Assembly: GCF_006345805.1 (NCBI RefSeq)
Contig: NW_021836290.1
Location: 62,001-126,000 of the forward strand
Length of the DNA stretch: 64,000 bases
Source: Octopus sinensis
Taxonomy: Eukaryota
Direction of reading: 5' to 3'
In this document: in pieces, positions 13,090-27,172 of the stretch
Layout of the letters: every line of letters begins with the position of its first letter
Numbering within the stretch: the first letter of the stretch is position 1
Program-made: the position numbers and the translations under genes
The notes under the pieces: generated by a model
What the model saw: the letters and a program-made list of their open reading frames with translations, nothing else
Database searches by the model: none
What the model was told of the DNA's origin: nothing

Positions 13090-14355
13090 ATGTACAGGGA
13101 AGTCCCATAAGTTAAATAGTTCCATCCAGTCTGTTTGAAATAAATTTGCATTTTTCAACACAAAAACTTTGGCTTTTTCCACGAAATGTAACATCACTTA
13201 TCATTTCGCCCGTAAAATGCAATTTTTTTCCTGAAACACCTCGCGCAATTTTCGAGGTTTTCTTTAATCTAGGTTTCCCTATTTTTTTCCATGTATCTGT
13301 ATTAATTATCGTGATATCTCTGCTCGTATCCATTTGTAACTTGGTATTAACACAATTCATTTTTATGGACACACATTTTCTTCTCTGATCCTCGCTTAGA
13401 ATTTTTTAGCAATACATTCTTTCTAAGTTGAGGTTTTATGCCCGGTTTTTCCACAATCAAAACATTTACGATTTTTAAAAAGATAATTACTTTTCAAATG
13501 TAAACCTCTGTACTCATAGCATGGATTTGGTCTTGATGTTCGTTTTTCTTTTTTCTTATTCGTTTCAGGTCGATACGCATGTATCTGAGAGCAAACTTTT
13601 TCTTCAATTTTATCCGCGTCATGCCTTAAATTTATAATCCTATGGCATTCTTCAGCCGTTGCCTGTATAGTTAATTTTTGAGCCTGTTCTAATTTTTTTA
13701 GTATACGGGAATGTATGTCAGCATCTTTTCTTGCCGTTAACCCTTGAACAAAAATTAGACATTTGAAAAATTCGGGGTTATTTCATTTACTTTTTCACAC
13801 TCTCGGTTAACTACTCCAGCATAAGGAAATCTTCATCTGTTTTAACTAAATTTAAACATTGCCAACGAGTATTGAACAGGGAACTTCTTTCGCTGAAAAT
13901 TCTCGATAACAAATTAACTGTTTCATCGAAACAAATCTCACCTGGTTTCTTCGACAGAATATAGTTACGGTAATTTTCGTGTTTGGCAAGGGATAACTTC
14001 CTTAAACGTAGTTGCACCTTCTTTTCGTCATTCCAATTTTTACATTTTTCTTTGAAGATTTCTTCATATCTTCTAAAATATGCAGAAAAAGTAGTACCCT
14101 CTGGGTTATAAATAAATTCTCTGATTGAATTTGCTACGCTGTCAGACGAGAACGAACCTGAAATATTTTCGGACTTTTTCAACATTACTTCCAGCAACTG
14201 TTGGCATTATTATTGCTGCTGTTGTAGTTGTTGTAATTGTTGTTGTTTTTGTTGTTGCAACTTCACCACGCAAGCCTACGAATCTCCATGTTAATGATTT
14301 CTCTTTAAAAAAAATCTAAACGTCCGACGTAAACTTCGAATATCTCGTCGCCACT
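13090..14355 (-). mobile_element. Ty3/Gypsy LTR retrotransposon internal fragment (gag, zinc knuckles, protease)
   Basis: PBS-like TGGCGACGAG at 14353-14344; gag-like ORF 13811-14197 (FIYNPE..TFSAYFRRYEEIF); knuckles CYEYRGLH / CFDCGKTGHK at about 13430-13530; aspartic protease LQMDTSRDITIIN (13112-13372). No RT or integrase, and LTRs are not clearly delimited. Confidence 0.85.
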
Positions 14356-14519
14356 TTTATATGCTTGTCACAAGCTGGCTTTATAAATTAACGAAGCGAG
14401 GGTTAATCAATGTGTTCACACAACGTATTTCGAGACTACCAAAACGCTCTTTTCGATTCTTACTGACCTCTACTCTTTATAAGAGTTCGGCTAGTCCATT
14501 CTTCCAATCTCCCAGGGGG

Positions 14520-15960
14520 TGTCAATGACTCCCTCTTCTGGGATTCTGGCAATGATGAGAGTATCAAGACCCTCGCCCATTGTCAAAATTTTGTCTTTAT
14601 TTCAATCTACAAACTCCAGAAATTCCTCGTCCTCCTTCCGTATAATTTTCAGAGGCTTGTCCGAGAAATGTTCTACTAGTTCCGTTTTTGTAGTTGATGT
14701 GGTTGTTGTCGTTTTAGTTGTTTTTGTTTAGGCTTCCCCTGTTGCTGATTGCTGATCCTGTTCTGTTCTCGCTGTTATTGAGAATGCTGTTTCAGTTCTT
14801 TTTTGTTCTTCTTCTTCTTCTTCTTCTTCTTCTTCTTCTTCTTCTTCTTCTTCTTCTTCTTCTTCTTCTTCTTCTTCTTCTTCTTCTTCTTCTTCTTCTT
14901 CTTCTTCTTCTTCTTCTTCTTCTTTCTTCTTCTTCTTCTTTCTTCTTCTTCTTCTTCTTCTTCTTCTTCTTCTTCTTCTTCTTCGTCTTCTTCTTCTTCT
15001 TCTTTTTGCTGTTGGTTTGTAACTTTGGTTTCGAGATTTGGCGCAGAGTTCTTCAGCCTGGTGCCCACAAACGTTTGGAATTTAGGAGTTATTTCACCTT
15101 CTCTCTCTCTCATTTTTTTTTTGACGGGGGACTGCTCGATGATCACATACTCGGGTGATTTTATCTCGTCAGAGGCCCATTCTATATCCGAAGAGTTAGA
15201 AATTTTGTTGGACATTTTTCTATCTGCTTGTGTGATTGTTGTTATTGCCGCTGCTTCCCTCTTTGGATCTGTAACGGATTTAGCGTTGGGAATAGTGGTG
15301 CAGTGTGAAGTACCTCTCTCGACTTTTTCACAGAGGGACAGAAAGCTTTTACGTGATAGGTTTTGCAACAAATATGACGCCTGAGTTTCCAACCCTTCTA
15401 TGACCATCCGCATCTATCGTACTCTCCGAAGCAGAAAAAAATCTGGGATTGTATGGACTGCTTCCGGAACAAACAACTGAAACTCCATTGACACTCTTGC
15501 TTTGTTTTGTTGGGCGCTTGTTTTCATGCTTATTGTCTCCCCGTACTCTTCTAGCATTGCCATTACTCTTGCTTGGTCCCTATGAGGAGGTACATTTGAG
15601 AGCCTGGCCTCGGTCACACGACGTCCCATATATAAGGGAAGCATCACCAACTGGTCGGAGGAGTAGGTCACTGTAGCCATCCTGCGCAACTTCCTATTCG
15701 TTGTTGCAGCTGAGACCACAGTCCCATATTACCTTCACTAATGCCTTATAAAAAAACTGATTGTACTCTAATTGCCCTTTTCAAGGCAAACCAATATTTG
15801 TTGTTGACGACTTCCCCCGTCAATTCGGTCTCTGTAGGTTTGATACGCTGGGAGTGACATGTTCAGCTTCCAGGTGGCGAATTGGCAGAATCGTTACCAT
15901 GTTGGCCAGAATCGTTATTACGTTGCTTAGCGGCCTTTTGTCCATCTTTATGTCCTGAGT
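14520..15960 (-). mobile_element. Probable L1/Tx1-like ORF1 remnant
   Basis: RRM-like segment ARLSNVPP..MLEEYGE (15414-15719), then an out-of-frame decayed CX2CX4HX4C knuckle (R-H-I-C-C-K-T-Y-H-V-K-A-F-C, first Cys codon CGT); interrupted by (CTT)n. Confidence 0.45.
14800..15005. repeat. (CTT)n trinucleotide microsatellite
   Basis: About 200 bp of nearly pure CTT repeat. Confidence 0.95.
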
Positions 15961-16844
15961 ACGAATGCCACCGAGGTCAAATTTGCCTTTCAAACTTTTG
16001 GGGTTGATGAAATAAGTATGAGATGCTTTCTGGGATCGATAAAAGAATATTAAACAGTATGTGCACCAATCTCAGATGGGGAAGAGAAGCGAGATTTATC
16101 ATTATTGTTAATAATATGGCGGTTTACTGGTAAAATTGATTAGATGCATTATTTTCTGATACTATAATAATACATTTCACATTTCAGAATTTTTTAATAA
16201 GTTTTAAATGCTTAACAAGAGGATGAAGTGCAGCGCCCTAGGTCCTTTTCAAATCATCTGTATAGGAATGGAGGAGATTGTCCTCGCCCCAAAGAATTTT
16301 TTCAGCAAAGTTATCGATACAAAAGCATCATAAGATCTGGTGGTGGAGATCAACCGATTAATAGACTAAATCAAACATCCTGACGACTTTTCAAGGAGAT
16401 TCCGTCCACCAGAGTTTTCTGGAAAGCTATTAGTCGACCCAAGGTTATAGTAGAAGGACTTGCACAAAATTCAGTGCAGTTGGATTGAACCTGAAACCAC
16501 ATAGTTATGGAAAGAAATTCTTAACCACACAAACGTTATTACATTTACAAAATATTGTGATGAAAGTAGCGGACAAAATATGTTGAGCTCTTCATTTATG
16601 ATGCTTCTTGTCCTGGGCCACTGTTCAGTTTGGCTTTTATCTTTCTTGGACGAATCTAATAAATAGTCACGTAATGAAGTTTAAACAATTGACTGCATCC
16701 TCCTATACATCCTTCCCTTTCCAGAAAGTTGAATCATTGATATAAATACTAAAATAACTATTTGTATTGTAAATTCCAAATATATACATACACAAAGAAG
16801 AATTTACACAGGTACAAACACACAAAAACTCTCTCTCTCTCTCA

Positions 16845-16882
<38 letters not shown>

Positions 16883-18131
16883 TACACACATATACACACA
16901 GATACTTAGACAATACATACAAGCATATATAAGCACATATATTTACATCCACAGACATACACGTAGACAGAAAATACACACGCATACAAAAATCATACAC
17001 AGATGCGCAAATACGCACATGCATTAGAGCAAACTGGGGCGTCCTATGGGGACGAGCTAGATGAGAGAGATATATACATACACACCAACACGCTACTTGA
17101 CTTCGGCATCATAATAACTCTATAATGATATTTTCATTCTTTGAAAATCGTGACAGAACATTGACGTCATGACATTATTTATTGTTTTTGTATAACTTTA
17201 GGCCTCAATAAAGTGGAACTTGCATCAGACATTGCAGCAATGATCATGCTTAGGTGGTGTATGGGTGGCGCCAGTGGTCTTGTGACGTAGCGGTGGTTGT
17301 AGAGTGGTGATGGTGCTGTTGTTGTTGGTTTGGTGGAGGTCTGTTGTTATTGTTGTTCAACCCCAGGTCAGCAGCCTTATCAACATATACATTCCAACCG
17401 TCACTATCCTGTTTTGTTTAGGGATATTTACAATTACTTCTCTTCTAGTTTTAAGAAATTAAACCTTCATTTGAGGATATTTCGTTGCTATTTTTAGCAG
17501 ATAGAGATTCTGAGTAGGGACTTCTAGTTAGCCGCTGCTGGCGTCCATTTCATGGTCAGGCTTCCTTGAACAGACATATAACAAGAAGCATGATTTGAGG
17601 CAGTGATTTGCAATCAAAGCAATTGAATAGCCATTTTAAGTACTTCCTCATCCCCTTCCCGCCCTGCCCCAAACATTTTAAATTCCCATTTTATTTATTA
17701 CTTTGAAGAATCAAATTTTTCGTCGCACCGCTGCAACCTGGTCTTTGACACAATTCTAATATAACTCTAAATTATTATTATCCAATAATTATTCAATATA
17801 TCCTTTGTCTTAAGCTTAAGGTATGAATTGGGGAAGATTTGACTGCTCTTTCTCGCAGTTCAAGCGACTGGTTTGTTTCTCGTGTTGGCTTGTGTTAATT
17901 AGATTCATTAGGGAAGATGTCTGTTTTCCTCATTTTAGGGCGACGTCATTATTGCATAAAGTATTTTAGTACTTTCTCCTCCAAACAAAGAATATAATAG
18001 ATTAGTAACAACGCCCGCAACAAGAACAATAATAGAAACCACAACACTGGCAACGATCTTCACTACCAATGACAGCAGAAATAATGCAACAATAATAACA
18101 ACCATATGAGCTATATCAGCAATAATAACAA

Positions 18132-18171
<40 letters not shown>

Positions 18172-19104
18172 TCAATAATGTCAAAACATTGAAAACACTT
18201 TAACAGAAAAAGCAATAATATCAGCAATAATGATGGAAAAAACAACAAATTAAAATTTTACAAATGTTAGAACAGTTTTGCTTAAAAAAATAAAATAAAC
18301 AAACACTACGTACACCCCGTCATCCGCTCACAGACAGACACATACACAATATACATATCCATTAACATACACATATAGATCAGCACACGCCTACACACAC
18401 ACACACATACACACACACACAATAAGGTAACACATACATACACCTATGCTCACAGATCTGTATGCGCCTTCATATGCACACACACATACATCTGCACATA
18501 TATACACACACATACACATACATCTGCACACATATACACACACATGTACATGACACACCTACACATAAACACGCTACATACACGCTTACATAAAACACAC
18601 ATGCGCTCACACATACACCAATACACACACATACACTCATTCACACCAATACTCAAACACACGTACGTTACTACAACATGGTGCAGTTACCATGACAATA
18701 CTTTCTTAAATCCATTAAGAAATCGGAACACAATGGCGGACATTTTCTTTTGTTCCTCATCATTTTATTGCTGCTGTTGTTGTTGCAATGTTGTTGATAT
18801 TGTTGTTGTTGTTCCTATTACTGTCATTGCGGTAATTGTTATTGTAATGTGCCTGTAATTTCTGCTGCTGCTGCTGTTGTTGTTGTTACTGTTCGTCTCC
18901 CTTCTACTTCTCGACATAAAACTTGTGTCAATCGCGTTACTTTGTTCTGTCTGACAAATTATAAGAAAGACGTCTTACTTTACAAAAACGACGAATATTT
19001 GTACTGTTTACAAAACCATTATTATTATTATTATTATTATTGTTGTTGTTGTGTTGTTGTTGTTGTTGTTGTTGCTGTTATTGTTGTTGTTGTTGTTGTT
19101 GTTG

Positions 19105-19171
<67 letters not shown>

Positions 19172-19176
19172 GGTGG

Positions 19177-19360
19177 TGAGCTGGCAGAATCGTTAGCACG
19201 CCGGATGAAATGTTTAGTGGCATTTCGTCCGTCTTTACGGTCTGGGTTCAAATTCTGCCGAGGTCGACTTTACCTTTCATCTTTTCGTGTCGATAAAATA
19301 AATACCAGTTACGTACTGGAGTCGATGTAATCGACTTAATCTCCTTCCCCAAAGTGCCTT
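19177..19360 (+). mobile_element. tRNA-derived SINE, family B
   Basis: ggcagaatcgttagcacgccgg..gggttcaaatt..gaggtcgacttt..cctttcatc..gtcgataaa..agtaccag. Related copies at about 7080-7230, 19400-19610, 20445-20640, 22420-22557, 28685-28804, 34975-35110, 35740-35835 (-) and 42960-43170 (-). Confidence 0.75.
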
Positions 19361-19640
19361 GAGGCAAAAATTTAAAATCGTCATCATTATTATTATTAAG
19401 GGGGCGAGCTGTCAGAATTGTTTGAACGTTTGACGAAATGTTCATTGGTATTTTTGCCCATCGCTACGTTCTTAGTTCAAATTCCGCCAAGGTCGACTTT
19501 GCTTTTCATCCATTCCGGGTCTATAAATTAATTAACTGTGAAACACTGGAGTCGATAAAATCGACTCATCCCCTCCCTCAAAATGGCTACCCCTGTGGAA
19601 AAATTTGGAACACTCATTATTATTATTATTATTATTATCA

Positions 19641-20388
19641 TTCAGTAGTTTTATTTTTATAGCGTGCTTTCACTTCACTACCGAGCGCAGCTCGGTGTGC
19701 CTTAGGTATGTGCTGTGATTTGTTGTGATGCTCTGATGATTATTGTATGGAAAGTGTTCTGCGTAGGATGTGTGCAGTACCTAGTAGTGCAATTTTCTGT
19801 ATGTTATATGTGTTTGTAAGTCCTGGTGATTTTGTTATGTATTTGTCTGAATATTTTTTATCATGCCTAATGCACCTACTATGATAGGAATTGTTTCTGT
19901 TTTTAGATTCCACATTCTGGTTACCTCTATTTCCAGGTCTTTGTATTTTGAAAGTTTCTCCATTTCTTTTAGAGACACGTTGTCATCTGCCGGTATTGAT
20001 ACATCAATTAGAAAGCATTTTTTTTCTTCATGATCTCTGACAACTATATCTGGTCTGTTGGCCTTAATTTCTCTATCTGTGTGTATCGGCATATCCCAGA
20101 GTATGGTTGCTTTCTCGTTTTCTGTGACCTTTTCTGGTGTGTTCCTATACCATCTTTTTTCTGTTGTTATTCCATAATGTTGGCATAGCTTCCAGTGTAT
20201 GTAGGTTCCAACTCTGTCATGTCTGTGAATATATTCCTTCTTAGCTAGGACTGGGCAGCCAGAGATAATATGATTTATTGTTTTTTGTCCATCTCCACAT
20301 ATTCTGCAGTTACTTGATATATTTCTTTTCATTACATGTTTTTGGTAATTTCTGGTGGTGCTGCAATTAAAAATCCCTCTGTATCTGC

Positions 20389-20391
<3 letters not shown>
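19641..20391 (-). mobile_element. R4/Dong-like LINE, 5'-truncated 3' end with RLE endonuclease
   Basis: CRICGDGQKTINHIISGC (CCHC knuckle), RHD, RPDIVVRD..FLIDVSIP, KLSKYKDL (PD..D RLE domain); 3' UTR ends ctactgaa; flanked on both sides by (TAA)n. Confidence 0.9.
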
Positions 20392-20445
<54 letters not shown>

Positions 20446-20658
20446 GGTGGTGATCTGGCAGAAACGTTAGCACGCTAGCCAAAATGTTTAGCGGCATTTC
20501 GTCCGTTTTTACGTCCTGAGTTCAAATTACACCGAGGTCGTCTTTGCCTTTCATCCTTTCGAGGTTGATAAAATAAGTACCAGTTGAACACTGGGGTCGA
20601 TGCAATCGACTCATCCCCACCTCCCCCAAGCTACCCTTCTGGCAACATTTGAAATCAT

Positions 20659-20757
<99 letters not shown>

Positions 20758-20786
20758 CATTATTATCATTATCATCATCATCATCA

Positions 20787-22339
20787 TTCAGTAGTATTAT
20801 TTTTATAATGTGCTTTCACTTCACTACCGAGCGCAGCTCTGTGTGCCTTGGGTATGTGCTGTGATTTGTTGTGATGCTCTGATGGTTACTGTATCGAAAG
20901 CGGATCGTGCTTTGGCAAGAATATCTTGCTTTAGCTTTTCTTTTATCTCAGGTAAATCTTTTTCTGTGATGTTGTATTTGCACAGTATTTTTGTTTTCTT
21001 TTTGTTGCTTAGTAGCGTTGGTTGTCTACTGATTTCATTAAGAATCGACAGATCTTTTGTTATGTTTTGTATTTTGGATGTTATTTATCCACAGGGTTTG
21101 TTTTGGTGGTGGTACTACTGTTTGGATAGGTTTGAGGGAGTATCCAGCTTCTTTTGTGGCTGCAGTGGTTGCTGCATATACGTAGTCATTTACCTCAGTG
21201 ATATCGCTATTTGTTTCAGTGGCTATTAGTTCTGTGAAAGCTAGGTTTATGCTGTTAATAATTGATGTTGTTTTTTTGTCTATTTTGATTTTTGGGAGGT
21301 ATGGTCGGGGGTCCATTTTGAGATCTGTGTTTTTCAGTTCTTTGATTATTCTACTTTTTATAGTATCATAATCATTAGGCTCCCCTTCGTTGTTTCCAGG
21401 TTTTAGATTTGTGTCGCTTTTTTTCTCATTCGTATGTTTGTCTGTCGTGTTTTGGCTTGCTGCTTGTCGTGCATTATTATGCCTCCTTACTGTCTGGGTT
21501 TGTTGTTTTTTGTTTACATCGTTTTTGTTGGAAATGTTATGTTTGTCTTCGTGTTTTACTATCTCAGTGTTTATATTATTTGGCATTGTTGTGTGGCTTC
21601 TATCTACATTTTCCTGATGTATTTTTTCTATTAAATGTTCTATTTCTATTTCTGATATTTTTTTGCGTTGAGAATATATCTTCGTACATTAGCTAGTTTA
21701 TTAGGGTTCATTGCTGTTTCCAAGTCTTTGTTTATGTTATTTTTCTTCCATATTTTATATGTATATGTTGTTGTGTTTTCGTTCTTTGGGTAGACCACTG
21801 CTGTCAAGTAAGCGTCTAGGATTGAAATGTATTCCTTACGTGTCCATGTATGCCTTTTTGATTTTATTTGCGGAATATGAGGAACAACGTCCGGCCCATT
21901 ATTTTGACGGTCGTCACTTTTGTAGGGTACCGGTCCGTTCATTTCTGTTGTCACATTGTTTTGCACGTGTAGTTTTTCGTACTTTTTGTGTAACAAATTT
22001 AAAGTACGTACTTCTCGATTGTTATTCTTGGGTTGAATAATACCGGTATTATTTAATTTATTCGTAGTGTTTTTGTACATGGTGTTTGGGGCCAGAGATG
22101 ATCTGTTGTTGATAGATCGTAATGTATCAAGCATGTTTACATGGTTGGAGATGATATCGAGTTAAAATACATCATTTCGTTTGGAAAATAGCAATAAATT
22201 TCAATGAGTATTACTTACTCGGATATAGCCCAATCCTTTGTCAGTTATTTTTTGGCTCCATGCGATGTCTTTGTTTCCGATGTTTGTGGATAGATTTCGG
22301 AGCACTGTTTTATCGCTATCACATGTTAAACGTCCCCGG

Positions 22340-22341
<2 letters not shown>
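20787..22341 (-). mobile_element. Internally deleted (bipartite) R4/Dong-like element keeping both ends
   Basis: 5' UTR and N-terminal ORF nearly identical to 40750-42185, joined at about 20899 directly to the last about 110 bp seen at 19641-19755; (TAA)n on both sides. Confidence 0.85.
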
Positions 22342-22409
<68 letters not shown>

Positions 22410-22933
22410 GTTATAATTAAGGCAGCGAGCTGACAGAATTGTTAGAACGTTTACGAAATGCTCATCGATATTTTGTCCATCGCTACGTTCTATGTTCAAA
22501 TTCCACCGAGGTCAACTTTGCTTTTCATCCTTTCCGGGTCGATAAATTAAGTACCATTATTATTACACTTCCTTAATTTGAACCTCTTCATTCATACATT
22601 TCCACGCATACATACTTTTTCAATGCCTATTATTCCGAAAATTCTGCATTTTTACAGTTACACTTTCTCCGTGACAGTAGATAAATTTTACATTCCTCAC
22701 AATAGACCATAGATCATCTTGAAACTGTTTCAATCCTGGATTAGGTGGAGGATTATTTTTAGATTTAAATAATTTCTTAAATTCAGAGGTTATATCATTA
22801 GTAGACTGTTGAATGTCCTTGTAGTCGAAGAAAAAGGTGAGCCATCTAAACGGTTAATAAAGGAATTTGTCTTATTAACGGGTTGCTTAAGGAAAGCATT
22901 CTTTGGGGGAATGGGTGTATCCTTAAGAGATGC

Positions 22934-22986
<53 letters not shown>

Positions 22987-23061
22987 TTACACTAGATATA
23001 TTTTTTCCCAGCCTTTAGAATTTTATTTAATATGCATAACGTTCTATATTTCTCATACTGT

Positions 23062-25395
23062 GAGCAGTAATCCAGGCGGGTGAGGACAAATGTCCTCCAG
23101 AGGACCATCATGGTTTTCTTATCTCTGGTTCCGAATGTTCTCAGGATCCATCCAGCCAGTCGATTGCACTTTGTCGCCATCCTGGTAATGTGCACTTGGA
23201 AAGAGGTATCATCACTCATGTCGATACCCAGGTCCCTCACTAATTTAGGCTCTGGGATTGAAATTCTCTGTGGACCAGTGTACCTTGTAAGTTTCATATT
23301 CAGTTTAGAACTCTGGTAGCGCAGTGTTTGGAATTTTCCCCCATGAAACTGCATATTATTATCCTCAGCCCATCTGTAAATTGAGTCCTGTTGAAGACGT
23401 GCAATATCACTAGCTTGCAAGGGTTGCTATCCGGCACTTGCGGGAATATCAGAGAGAGTCACTATAAAAAGCAGAGGTCCCAAGACAGTGCCCTGTGGAA
23501 CACCGATTACTATTTGTGTTTTCATAGAGGTGGTTCCATTAACCTCAACTGCCTGACTCCTATCTTTCAGAAAGTCATGTAACCACTTTCCAAGTTTTCC
23601 AGCTATGCCGAGATCACGCAGTTTGTGGCATATCATACCATGATCCACCTTGTCAAAAGCTTTTGTAAAATCAAGGTAGATTACGTCATCATTTGAGTTG
23701 TTGGGTAACTGCCTCAATACAGTCATAATGTTGTAACAGCTGGGTCAAGCAGCTCCTACCTGGTCGAAAACCATGCTGGGTATCACTCAGGAAGGTATTT
23801 TCCTCAAGGAATGTGATTAGTTTCCCTCTGACTATCTGTACCATGGCTTTGCTGATGTGTGAAGTCAAAGAGATAGGCCTATAGATCTTGGCATCTACTC
23901 TGCTTCCTCCTTTATGTATTGGGCATATTATTCTCTCCTTCAGCTTGCTTGGCAGTCTGCCATTTGCAAGAAAGCTCTGGAAGAGAATCTAGAGGGGTTT
24001 TGCCAGGGCATGCTTACACGATTTGAGGAGAATTGCTGGGAAACCATCAGGACCAGCAGTTGAGTTTGTGTCCACTTCATCTATGGCTAGTAGTATATCT
24101 TCTTCGCTAATGTCAATGTATTCTATCGTAACTGCTTCGCTGGTTATAGGTGAGGCGGCAAAAAAATCCACTGGTTCGTTCACTTGTCTGTGTTACAACG
24201 GGGTGGTAAAGACACTTCTGAATTGATCATTCAGTATCTCACTGATCTCAGTTGGACTGTCTGTGAGGGGGCCATCCTTTTAGAGGAGGGGTCCTATCTT
24301 GCAGCGTACTGATGCTGTTTCTTTCGTGTAATGAAAGAAGGCCTTTGGGCTTGACTTAATGTTTTTTATAACCCAGGCTTCTTTGTCTGCTCTTTCCTTC
24401 ACATAGGATTGTTACAGCCTTTTTTCGATCTCCATCAATGTTGTTTTTAGGTGGGACCTTTCGCAACTTTTGCGATGTTGATTGAGGCGATTTGCAATCT
24501 TCGCCCGTCGTCTCATGAGGATCTTCCTCTCCCTTGGAAATTTGTTCCTATTTGTTGTGGCCTTGTGCTCTGGGACATATTTCTGGCATATGGCTTGCAC
24601 AACGGACATGACACATTCTAGCTTCATGTCAATGTCTAGTGTGGAGAGACATTTCGGCCAGTCCTCTCTGAGGATCTCTTTTTGGATCGATTTCCAATCT
24701 GCTTTGTGGAAGTTCAGATTGGAGAGATTTCGGGTGCTTCCTTTAGGCTGTATATCTCTGGCTACTTTCGGCCCAAATATAGACAGCTCTATTATGTTGT
24801 GATCCGAGACTAATGTCGGCGTCACTTTCACATCATGAACGCTGTCTATATTGTTCGTGAAGCAGAGATCCAAAATGTTATTCGCCCTAGTTGGTCTGAG
24901 TACAACTTGCTCCATGAATAGGGCATTGGTGAGGTTCAGCAGGGACTCCACCTGTGCTTGTTTGCAATGAGTCATTCTTGAGTGCATGAGTCCTTCGGGT
25001 CATATGGTGTTGGGGAAGTTGAAATCCCCCATAAGAAATATGCTCACGTGGTGTTCCAGTTGCTTGAGGATTTCTTTAATTCTTGTGAGGCAATCTTCAA
25101 ACTTGCCTATGTGGTTTGGAGTATCCGGTGGGCAATATGTATCGCATATGACTATATTGTGTTGTCTTATGTATACAATTAGGGTGTCACATACTGAATT
25201 TGAGTATGACAGTAAGACCTGGGGTGTGAGGTCATCACGGATGTATACAATAACTCCACCATGACTCCTTTCCCTTCTGTCTGTTCGCAGTATGGCATAT
25301 TTTGGTACGTGTACTTCTGCATCCTCTATATTAGGGCTGAGGTGAGTTCACACGAGTGCTATGCATAGGGCTTGATTGCTTGCAGCAAAGTCTCA
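23062..25395 (-). mobile_element. CR1-group LINE, copy 2 (APE+RT, 3' end lost)
   Basis: APE motifs (SHGGVIVYIRDD, ANNILDLCFTNN) and RT motifs (YLDFTKAFDKVDHG, GVPQGTVLGPLLF); multiple frameshifts. Confidence 0.9.
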
Positions 25396-26190
25396 GGAAA
25401 AAAAAATTGCTTTTGTTATGATGCAACAGCATTGTGTATTGTTTGTAAAGAATAAAAAGTTTCGAATGGTACAACAATGCACTATAATACAAAGAGTGGG
25501 CTATGTATCTGTTGTAATTTAGTCATCCGTAGTCTGATATGATATTTTGGAATAAAATTCCTTTTTCAGATATTCTTAGATGGAGTCGCTGCTATAATCA
25601 GTTTTCCAACGGCTTTTCTTTTTTATTATTTGTTTTTTTTTATAGTCAAACATGCATATCGCTTCCTGACTCGCCTTTTATATAAACATTCAACCTTCAA
25701 CGCTTGGACATTTACCAAGTCACATTCACACAGTCATGCTTTCACACACCTTCTTTCTCCAAGTTTGTCTCTTTCCTCTCCTACCCATACTCAATTTACA
25801 TAAACATGTTTCACTCCTACATCTTCACACTTTCTGTTTCTCTCCACCACTTACTCTACTTCAAGTCTTAATATTTTCCTCTATAAACAGTTGAATTTCT
25901 CCCTATTCATTCTGCTTCTCTAATCACTTAGAGATGTTTACCCCAACCATTTACTTATTTCATTTATTATTTTCAATCTCACTTTCTAATTTCTTCCAAA
26001 ATATTTCCATTCAATAGAGCCAATGAAAGAATCTTCGCTCACCAATAAAAATCAGCATCAGATATTTCAATTATCTCTTTCATTCCAGATCTTACTCTAA
26101 TATATTCATGGATTATTTATTTTTGTCATGTATTTTATAAGCTTCCTTTATAAGCTTTCTTGGCGAGGTAACTTGGCCAACTGTCACGAA

Positions 26191-26235
26191 TCATTTAATT
26201 AATAAATTTTGTGTGTGTGTATGTGTGTATGCCTT

Positions 26236-26307
<72 letters not shown>

Positions 26308-26598
26308 CATATATATATACACACACACACACATATATATATACATATAAATATGTTTATATATATACATACATAATATGTATATATATATGTATGTATA
26401 TATGTATGCGTATATATATATGAATCTATATATATGTGTATATATATGTTTGTATATATATATATGTGTGTGTATATATATATATATGAATCTACATGTA
26501 TATATATGTTTGTATATATATATGTGTGTATATATATATATGAATCTATATGTATATATATGTGTATATATATGTGCATATATATATGTATATATATG

Positions 26599-26635
<37 letters not shown>
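26191..26635. repeat. Compound (TA)/(TG) microsatellite
   Basis: Low-complexity TA/TG tract; it explains the I/Y-rich ORFs in the track. Confidence 0.9.
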
Positions 26636-26637
<2 letters not shown>

Positions 26638-26800
26638 CGTAGGAGTGGCTGTGCGGTAAGTAGCTTGCTTACCAACCACATGTTTCGGGGTTCATTCCCA
26701 CTGCGAGGCACTTTGGGCAAGTGCCTTCTACTATAGCCTCAAGCCGACCAAAGCCTTCTGAGTGGTTTTGGTAGATGGAAACTGAAAGAAGCCCGTCGTA
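26636..26800 (+). mobile_element. tRNA-derived SINE, family A
   Basis: A/B-box-like head gtggctgtgcggtaagtag..ggttcattccca, CORE-like ttgggcaagtg, tail gaaagaagcccgtcgtata. Other copies at about 33276-33410 (-) and 38050-38190 (-). Confidence 0.8.
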
Positions 26801-27035
26801 TATATGAATATATATATATATATATATATTTAAGGATAAGATCGTTAATTTAAAATATAATAACGATGTTATCACCTTCAAAGGTAATAGTTATTAAAAT
26901 CATAAATTAGGGTATCTACGATTTAGGTGGTTTTAGAGTCTACACCAATCTATATTTAAGGTGGTTTTAGAGTCAGATCATGGCTGCTATTTTCAGCATG
27001 GTGGTATCTCGTAGATACCCTAATTTATAATTTTA

Positions 27036-27172
<137 letters not shown>

